A DNA stretch of 64,000 nt, taken from positions 8,060,001 to 8,124,000 of the forward strand of contig JBHGNT010000009.1 in NCBI GenBank assembly GCA_043228905.1, given 5' to 3'. This document shows, one piece after another, positions 55,353-64,000 of the stretch (within the stretch, counting starts at the first letter, position 1; each line of letters opens with the position of its first letter). Origin of the DNA: Azolla caroliniana. Its lineage: Eukaryota > Plantae > Polypodiophyta. Under the pieces are notes generated by a model. It did no database searches. It was not told where the DNA came from and saw only the letters and a program-made list of their open reading frames with translations. The position numbers and the translations under genes are program-made.

Positions 55353-58300
55353 AGAGGGCTATCAAGGCATGGGGCCGTGATAGTCCGGACTCCCGGGAAC
55401 AACCCCACAAATGTACAATACGGAAGACGACTTGTACCATGGGTAGGAAGTTTTGGTTCTCCGACAACGGAGGTTGTACTATAACCGGCGTCAGCGGCCG
55501 GCAGTGGAAGCGAGCGGAGGAGCAGCTCAAGGGATGCGGAGTCCTCTTCCCCGACGAAGACATCAGCGGCGCCGTGGAGGCGATCTCTTTTGACGACACC
55601 TTGGGCGAACTACGAAAGGTGATCGATGAAGACCTTAGAGAAGACCGGACCGTTCCGGTAGAATCGATGGGAATGTACGAAGTCATCGCGGACTTCGAGG
55701 AAAGGATTGGGTCGGATCGGACGGCTTGCGTGGATACAAAATACAAGACTATGGACCGAAAGGTGAGGCTAGTCGCGGCACCCTTGCCGGAGGGCAGCGA
55801 GGAGCGGATAAAAGGGGTCGCGTCGGACCCAAGTTTACGGAATCCGGCTGGCATAGGGCACCGGTTCACCGACATAACGCTACGGGAGCTCAAGGTCGGT
55901 GGGGGCGGCTTCCTACTGCCGGCGGAGGAGGACCGGTTTCGGAGAAGGCTTGGAAGGCACGGGAAGGCTTTCGCATTCTCACCGGAGGAGATCGGGTGCG
56001 TAGACCCGACAGTTGTCGAACCGATGGTGATCTTCACGGTACCGCATGTGCCGTGGAATCTCAAGCCGATTCCGGTGCCAAGAGCTCACATCCCGAAGTT
56101 GATGGAGCTCCTAAAGCAAAAGGTGGAGATGGGCATCCTCGAACCGTCGAGTGCCCCGTATTCGAATCGGTGGTTTACGGTGCCGAAGAAGAACGGCACG
56201 CTGCGCTTCATCCAGGACCTACAACCGGTCAACAAGGTGACCATCCGTAACGCAGGGATCGGACCGACAATAGACGAGTTCGCGGAGGCCTTCGCTGGAA
56301 GGTCGATCTATTCCGTCAGTGACCTGTACTCGGGGTACGATCAGTTCCAGCTAGCCATGGAGAGCAGAGACATCACGACGATGCGGACTCCTCTCAGCCT
56401 AGTGCGGATGTGTACCCTGCCACAAGGAGGGACGAACTCAGTGGCTCACATGGTGAACGCAATGAACAAAGTGCTCAGGGATTGTATCCCGGACATCACC
56501 ATGGCGTTCTTAGACGACATCCCGATCGAGGGATGCCTGGTGGAGAAAAGGGACGAGGCAATCGGGCCGGACGGATGTCGGAATTTCGTGGTGTCCCACA
56601 TCGATGACTGCGAGAAGGTGCTGCAGAGGCTAGAGCGCGCGAGGCTCACCTTCTCCGAGGAAAAGTCGGCCTTCGCTCAGTCAGAGATCTTGGTGGTCGG
56701 ACACCTATGCGGGCCTTACGGTAGGAAACTGTCTCCGGCAAAGGTAGAGGCCATCTCCGCGATGAGGAACGATTGCGGGTCGGTCACAGAGGTCCGCAGA
56801 TTCTTGGGGGCATGCGCGTTCTACCACATCTGGATCCCGCACTACGCACATGTTGCGGAACCCCTCTACGGACTATTGAAAAGGGGGCGTAGCTTTGAGT
56901 GGAGGACAGATGGAGTTGGTTCGGAGACTAAAGGAGGCGCTTACGGCGGTGCCGGCTCTCCGTAAAGCGGTTTACGGCAAGGATGTTCCCATCTGCGTAA
57001 CGGTGGACACCAGCCCGACCGGGATCGGGTGGGTAATCAGTCAGAAGGACGAGGGCGGCGTACGATTCCCGATCCGGTTTGGGGCGAAGGTATTGAGCGA
57101 GCAGCAGCGAGGGTACGCCCAAGTTAATCGCGAACATTGGGGTGTCATTTCGGCAGTCAAGGCCGACAAGGATTATCTGATCGGGACAGAGGTGATTATC
57201 GAGACAGACTTCCTGCCGATACTTGGCATGGTTTCCGGATGCGTGACGCTGGACCTAGCAATGCTCCGGTGGATAGCGTACATCAAGACCATGAACCCGG
57301 AGATACGGCACATCTCCGGAAAGGACAACGCCATGGCCGACATGCTTTCAAGGGCAAGGTTCAAAGACGAAGACGACATGGTTTCGGATAATGAAGAAGT
57401 CGGCGAGGACTTCTTCGGGTCGGCGAACGTAACGACGAGGAAAGGGAACACTCCGGCGCTTAACGAATTTGACGAAAACAGGTACGACGGGGAGTGGCTC
57501 CAAATCGGGAGGTTCTTACGGACGATGATGCCGGACGCAGCGTGGGCGAGAGAGGTGGCGAGCTGGATACAGAGGAAGGCGTACCGATTCTTCTTGCGGG
57601 ACGGGTGCATATGGAGGCACCCAAAGAAGAGAAGCGACATTCCACTCCGAGTAGTGGCAAAGAAAGAAGAACAGGGGAAACTACTGACGACATTTCACGA
57701 GAGCCCCTGGGCCGGACACCGCAGGACGTGGGCCACTTTCGAGAAGCTGAAGGAGAAGTACTGGTGGCCGGGGCTGTACCGGGACGTGCATCGGTTCGTG
57801 ACGACTTGCGAGAGCTGTCAGATGCACTCCGTAGTCCGACACCGGGACGAGCTACACCCGACCTACCCGCCTACGGTCCATTTCAAGTGGATGGTGGACT
57901 TGGTGACGATGCCGATGGGGGTAGGACAGATGCGATACCTGGTGCTTGCACGGGAAGACTTAACAAACCAGGTGGAAGGCCGTGCACTACAAAGCAAGAC
58001 AACCGCGGCGGTATGCCGGTTCTTGATCGAAGAAGTAGTGTGTCGGTACGGGTGCGTTGGGAAGATCGTGGCGGACCGGGGAGAACTGGATGCGTGGGAG
58101 GCCAAGGAGCTGTTCGACCGGCTGGGCGTCAAACTCTCCCTCACCACGGCGTACAATCCGGAGGCGAATGGAAAGGTGGAACGTGGGCATGGACCGATTG
58201 TAAAGGCGTTGGTGCGTGCATGCGGTGGGCAGGTCGGGAATTGGCCGCGACTCCTTCCTTACGCGCTATGGGTGGACCGGACTACGCACAGTTCGGTGAT

Positions 58301-58832
58301 AGGGTTTATGCCGGCGGAGCTAATGTACGGACAAAAGCCGATCATGCTGGTGGAACAGACGGTTTCTTCGTGGGCGGTGGTAGATTGGAAGGACGAAATG
58401 AGCCGGGAGGAGTTGTTGGCGGCGCGGATTTGGCAACTTGAGCGGAGGCCGGAGGACGTGATACAGGCGAGGGAAAAGCTGCGAGCAACGAGGGAGCGTA
58501 ACAAGACCCGGTTCAACCGGACGCACCGGTTGCGACCAAAGAAGATCGAGGAAGGCGACTGGGTCTTGGTATACGACAACAACCTCAACAATCAGCACAA
58601 GGCGGTGCGAAAGTTTGCCAGGAGGTGGTTCGGGCCCTACATGGTGACGAGCGCAAACAACAACGGCACGTACCACCTCACGGAACTCGACGGGACACGG
58701 TTAGCGGTGCCGATGGCCGGGAAGCGGATCAAAGCATTCAAAAAGCGGTTCGAAGACGAGCCGGAGCCTGCGAGCGGGAGCGACAGCGACGATCAGTTCG
58801 GGCCCGGTGGAGAATCGGAGAGCAACGAGTGA
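55340..58832 (+). pseudogene. Gypsy ORF2: RT-RNaseH-integrase (one frameshift lesion near 56900)
   Basis: PYSNRWFTVPKK, LPQGGTNS, FLDD, VTVDTSPTGIG, HHCC (H..H..CESC), YNPEANGKVERGH and the GPY motif. No chromodomain. Confidence 0.88.
55343..55386 (+). promoter_or_regulatory. Putative -1 programmed ribosomal frameshift signal
   Basis: G_GAT_TTT slippery heptamer, 6-nt spacer, and hairpin GGGCTATCAAGGC/GCCGTGATAGTCC. The -1 frame is open into RT. Confidence 0.7.
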
Positions 58833-59851
58833 GGCCGGTTTTCTTCGGTATCTACCTGTCTCTGGCGCATGCCAGTGGATGCGTGGTTTGGTGGGGGTGG
58901 ATGTCGTGAAGAAAATCGGCCATAGGCGGATTCGGAGAGAAAGGCGCGTGAACCGGCTCTTACACGGATGGACGCGTAACTTGATATTTTGTACCCTATC
59001 CATAAACGGATCGGTGGGTGAAATACGAGGCAGCACGCATTCATCAGGGGATTGTGCGTATCTCTGTCAGACGGAGGGGAGGATAGGGAATAAAAAGGGA
59101 CTTGACAAGAGAGAAGGGCATCGCGCGCGAGGAGGAGGAGCGTTGCTGCAGAACGGAAGGCGGAGCTCTCTCTCTTGGACGCGAATCGTCGCTCTCTGCG
59201 GGTGTCGGGAGGTCGCTGCCTCTGCTTCGTGGACAGCCCGTGTGCTTCCAGCAGAGTCGCTCCCTTTCCCCCTTTTGTTTCTCTGTGTCGTGTGACTGTT
59301 GTCGGTGTGCGTGAGTAGGGACCCCGTGTCGGGTCCGTCGCCGCTTTGTCGGTTGTAACTGTCGGAGTTTGTAATCTCAGTCATTATAATTGAGCGTTAC
59401 GTTCTAAATCTCTCTTTCTCGCTTCTACGTGTCGGTGGATCTCTCTCTCTGTCTCTCTGTCTCTCTCGCTCCTTGGTCCAAGACCCTCGTGGTCCCGCCC
59501 CTTTCTGCACGTACGCGCGTAACAACGCGACAAGGTTCCAATGGGATTTGAAGTCCTAGAGGATACTTGGCGACATATTTATTGTGTGTACAACTGTGAG
59601 TAACGCCTTTGCCCATAAACCATTTGGTAGTCCGGCGTGTTGCAATATGGAAACAATTCGCTCCTGCATTGTCTGATTCATTCTTTAAGAGCAACACCAT
59701 TTTGTTCTGGACTATGTGGGGTCATGAGCTCTCGTCTGATGTCGCATTGTTGGCAAAATTTGATGAATTCTTCCGATTGGAATTCTCCACCATTATCCGA
59801 TCTCAAGCATTTCAGTTTTCAACCTAATTAGTTTTCAACCATTGCAAGCTA

Positions 59852-62800
59852 TGTTGGGAACACATCCCTCCAATGGGAGGAGCCGACTATTTTGACCGAG
59901 TGCCCATGGTTGAAGAGTCGACTGTGAGAGTCAACAGAAAGGAGATCTAGGTTGAAGACACGACCGACTAGTCGGGCCGACCAAATGGTCGATGACCAGG
60001 CCGACAAGTCGGACCGACTGGACAGTCGACACTAGAGTTGGCTGATGGCTACTTATTATTATAGATAATAATAGTAGTGATGTGTAGTAGGGGCTACATT
60101 TGTAAATAGCCAATACTGTGTACTAGTATTAATACACCTAGGGCAAACAATGTATGGGTGATGAGAAGAGAAGAATAGAATAGAGTGAACTATGTCTAGT
60201 GTGAAGTGAGTGATGATAGAGAGAGAGAGCGGCACCATAACTGTGTTCGTAACAAAAGACACCAAGAGCCCTGTGAGGCTGATACACTCCACACAGAGAG
60301 TGTTGTAATCTTCTCCATTGTATATCCACTATATAGTGAAGTCTTGTTCTCCATGGTTTTCTCCCGTTTTAGGGTTTCCACGTTAAACCTTTGTACACTG
60401 TTTTCTGTGTTTCTGAGTTGTGTATTTTAGCGTATTCTGTGCTTGTGAAATTACGATTAGTTTCTCCAACAAACTGGTATCAAAACGTAGGTTCTAGATG
60501 GAACTCACAGAACTATGCAGACTGGAAGATCAAAATGGAAGACCTCCTCATAATGAAAGACCTGTACGAGCTTGTCGACAGAGCATATATACCTTGGGGG
60601 GTATTGGAGTCTAATTGGAAACTTCTTAACATAAAGGCAGTGGCCACCATCAGACAATGCGTCGATGTGAGTGTCCTTCAGCATGTGGCAAACGACACAA
60701 ATGCCCACGAGATGTGGCAGAAGCTGTTAGGGCTATACGAGAGGAAGAATGCCCTCAATAAAACCTCACCGATGAGAAAGATCGTACGGTTGAAATACAA
60801 AGACAGTGAGAGCATCGTCGAACACATCAACACATTCATGGGGTATGTAAATCAACTTGTTGCAACCAAGTTTCCCTTGAAGATGCAATACATGCCATCC
60901 TGCTATTGTGCACCCTGTTAGACAACTGGGAGAATCTAGTGGTGACTCTCAGCACCTCTTGTCAGGAAGAGAACTTGTCTCTACAAGCGGTAAAGACAAG
61001 TATCTTGAATGAGGAAACTAGAAAGAAGGACAAGGGTGTCCTAGTCCAGTTTGAGTCAAACATGACTCAACACACCGATAGAGGAAGAAACTGGCGAAGG
61101 AGTCCACCAAGGAGAGAAAAGTCTCAAGCTAGGTCGAAGTCCAGAGGTAAGCTCGTATGCTTTTATTGTGGAAAGCCTGGACACTTCCAGAAGGACTGCC
61201 GACATCTCAAGAAAGAAAAGAGTGTCAGTAATAATGTCCAACCCAGGAAGATTTCTGAAGAAAAGAACACTTCAACCATTGCTATGACCAATGAAGAACT
61301 TTTGTTCATCTGTGAACAGACAAGTGCAAATCTTGCAAGCGTAGAATGCACTTGGGTAATCGACTCTGGTGCATCTTTCCACATAACTCCGTCGAGGGAG
61401 TATTTCTCAACTTACATAACCGGTGATCATGGTTATGTAAAGATGGGTGACAATGGGGAGTGCAAGATAGCCGTAATCGGAAGTGTCTGCCTGACGACGT
61501 CGACAGGATGTCGGTTGACTCTGAAGGATGTTCGACATGTCCACAATATTAGACTAAACCTCATATCGACTGGAAAGATGGATGATGAAGGCTATAGTGG
61601 TAGTTTTCGTAATGGCAAGTGGAAATTCTGCCGAGGAAATCTCATAGTGGCCTGAGCACAGACAGAGGGCACATTGTATATGATGCATGCCCGATTGTGC
61701 AAGTCAGAATTAAATGTGGCAACCAACTCGAGTGGATATTTATGGCATAAGAGGCTAGGCCACATGAGTAAGAAGGGATTGCATCTGTTGGCCGACCATA
61801 AGCTTCTACCTGAAGTAAAGGGACTGCATCTTGAGAAGTGCGTCGACTGCTTAGTTGGAAAGCAGAACAGAGCAACATTCCACACACGACCACCAAGGAG
61901 AAGAGAAACTCCACTGGAACTAGAGCACATAGATGTGTGCTATGTAGATGCTCCATCGCATCGAGGCGGACAATACTTTGTGACTGTCATCGACGACTAC
62001 AGTCAGTAGTTGTGGGCTTTCGTACTAAAGTCAAAAGACCAAGTACTATCGTTCCTCAAGCAGTTCCATGCAAGAGCTGAACGACAATTAGGTTGGAAGT
62101 TGAAGGCTGTCCGAACTGACAATGGTGGAGAATATAAAGGGTAATTCGAGGAATACTGCAAGACCCAAGGTATTTGAATCGAATACATAGTACTGAAGAC
62201 CCTTGAGTTGAACGGGCTTGCAGAGAGGATGAATCAAACAATCATGGAGAGAGTAAGGAGCATGTTGGCGCATGCTAAACTACTGAAAATATATTGGGCT
62301 GAGGTGATGTACACGACTGTTTATCTGATCAACATGTCTCCCTCAATGCCATTGAAAGGTGATGTCCCACAAAGGGTGTGGATAGGAAAGGATGTCTCCC
62401 ACCGACACCTGAGAGTGTTTGGATGCCTAGTGTATATGCATGTGCCTAAGGAACAGAGGTCGAAGCTCGACAGTAAGTCAAAGCCATGCATATTCATGGG
62501 ACACTCAGAAGATGAGTTCAGCTATAGGATATGGGACTTAGTAGATAAGAAGATAGTGAGGAGTAGGGACGTAGTCTTCTTGGAAGGCAAGATGATTGAG
62601 GATTGGAAACAACAGAGGTTGGAATCGACTCCCTAGTCGACTCCCACTACCACTAACTTAAGGCCAAGTGAACCGAAACAGTCGGCTATTCGGAGACAGC
62701 CACTCGACACAACCGAATCTGAGTTGGTCGACTTGGAGAGACCGAACGATTATGAGTCTGAGTCGGTAGAGCTGTTAAGATCGATCAAGGAATATGAGTC

Positions 62801-63111
62801 GGAGTCATCCAACCTTGAGAAGCCGATTGACATACATTGAGCCAAGAGTAGAGTCGGCATATTCATCCGAACTGAAGCCGGCAACAAGTGGAAGGAGATA
62901 CCCACTCAGGGAAAGGAGAGCACCGATGACATATGCCAGTCAATACATCCTTGTGACTGATGAAGATGAACCCGAGTGCTATGATGAAGCCATTGCCAAC
63001 AAACACTGAGAGAAATGGCCGAGCGCGATGCAAGATGAGATGGATTCTTTGCATGAGAATTATACCTACAACCTAGTAGAGTTGCCGAAAGGTAAGAGAG
63101 CACTCAGGAAT
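59852..63111 (+). mobile_element. Ty1/copia element (Tnt1/Tork-like), 5' part, interrupted at 63112
   Basis: LTR 59852-60471 and PBS TGGTATCAAAAC at 60475. Gag CFYCGKPGHFQKDC, protease WVIDSGAS and INT, broken at LPKGKRAL. Confidence 0.92.
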
Positions 63112-64000
63112 TGTAAAAGAATATGTGTGCAAAAGCGTATGAGTAAGACACAGAGTACACGGTTCGGAAGTACGACAATTTGGTAAAACGCAGAAATCAC
63201 AGAGAAGGAGAGACAGAGAGATAGCAGAAAACGAAACTATATTAAAAAATAATTTTCTGTATGTTCTCTATATGTACTTCGTGCTCAATGAGCACCTTTT
63301 ATACCAACCCCGACTCTTGGGCTGACACAAGTACTGACAGTACCTGACCGCTCATAAATGAGCCTTCTACACTAACTCCCAAAATTATTCCTTACGAGGA
63401 ATAACGTTCTAACGGCCTCTTGGTTTACACACTGCCACAACCATATTGTGTGTACGGTTTTTATGCACCTAGTCTACGCACTAGGTTATGTACTCATTTA
63501 CACACCCAATGTTGAGCTTGTTTCTCAACACTCCCCCTAAGTTGAACTTGAGGTTCCATCTACTTTTCCGGATCTTCGCTCCGGCTTCTCCTGGCTTCAC
63601 GCCTCGCTCGCGCTCTTCGACCCGTTCGATTCCGTGTGCTTCGACCCTTCCGGTCGGCTTGTCTGCTCACGTGGCCCTTCTCAGCTCCCTTGCTGTTGCG
63701 GTATTAGCGCGTCTCCCGCTGCCCTTTCCTCTGCTCGGCCCTTAGTTGATTCGGCATGTCCGAATCGAACATTTCGATTAAATTGGTCACTACCAACTCG
63801 TTTCCGCTTACATCTGAATTGGTTGTCTCCAATTTGTCTTCTGTCTTTAGGCCCTTGACAACATCAGACCACGTCTTGGTCTTGGCCTTTAAGCCCTTTT
63901 GGGCTGTATTTCCCCTTTGTTCGTCTGTCTTCGGCTCTTCCCTGCGGTTACAACCCTTGCTTACTTCGCCGGCTTCTTCAGCCGGCCCGAAATTGAATTC
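63112..64000 (-). mobile_element. 3' end of another Ty1/copia element (3' LTR 63112-63530), continuing beyond the window
   Basis: LTR TGTTGAG...TTTACA on minus, with PPT AGGGGGAG adjacent. The KAKTKTWSDVVKG motif (~63850-63890) is shared with the 38499 element. Confidence 0.85.

Larger units (their letters stand above)
52529..59532 (+). mobile_element. Full-length non-chromoviral Ty3/gypsy element primed by tRNA-Trp
   Basis: LTRs 52529-53162 and 58902-59532 (TGTCG..CGACA). PBS TGGTGAACCCGACATGAA at 53167-53184 and PPT GGTGGGGGTGGA. 4-bp TSD ACGT/AGGT. Confidence 0.95.
22180..59851 (-). mobile_element. Host Ty1/copia element, heavily interrupted: 3' LTR split into 22180-22348 and 48944-49176; RH/RT/INT remnants at 49350-49464, 50823-52528 and 59533-59851
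   Basis: LTR ends TGTGAAAC (22180) and TTCGACA (49176) with PPT at 49177-49183. RT motifs KQAPRQWY and ILYVDGML. The integrase reads in frame across the gypsy insertion (IPLEP|WIG). Assignment of 22180-22348 as the other LTR half is inferred. Confidence 0.75.

Noticed and set aside
56895-56965. Second programmed frameshift in gypsy pol
   Set aside because: There is no slippery site, and residues appear lost in the RT-RH connection, consistent with a small deletion.
53363-58676. Long antisense and alternate-frame ORFs in the gypsy element
   Set aside because: These are shadows of GC-rich coding sequence with no recognisable domains.

Overview
Eukaryotic land-plant nuclear DNA. The TE repertoire suggests a non-seed plant such as a fern, but this is inference. 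There are two intact host genes, both on the minus strand: a 5-exon cytosolic ribosomal protein RPL10/uL16 gene (7721-5051) and a 2-exon GT47 exostosin/ARAD1-like glycosyltransferase gene (20182-18007). Most of the rest is nested, mostly decayed transposons that can be resolved by TSDs. (1) A non-autonomous hAT element (9915-16379) carries a captured MADS-box fragment, sits inside a solo LTR, and itself contains an RT-less copia. (2) One copia LTR is split by 26.6 kb, because three LINEs (one L1, two RTEX/CR1-like with a shared 3' stem-loop) stacked into its (GA)n microsatellite. (3) A tRNA-Trp-primed Ty3/gypsy element has a 4-bp TSD and an apparent -1 ribosomal frameshift signal placed after the protease. 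(4) Several further Ty1/copia elements are present.
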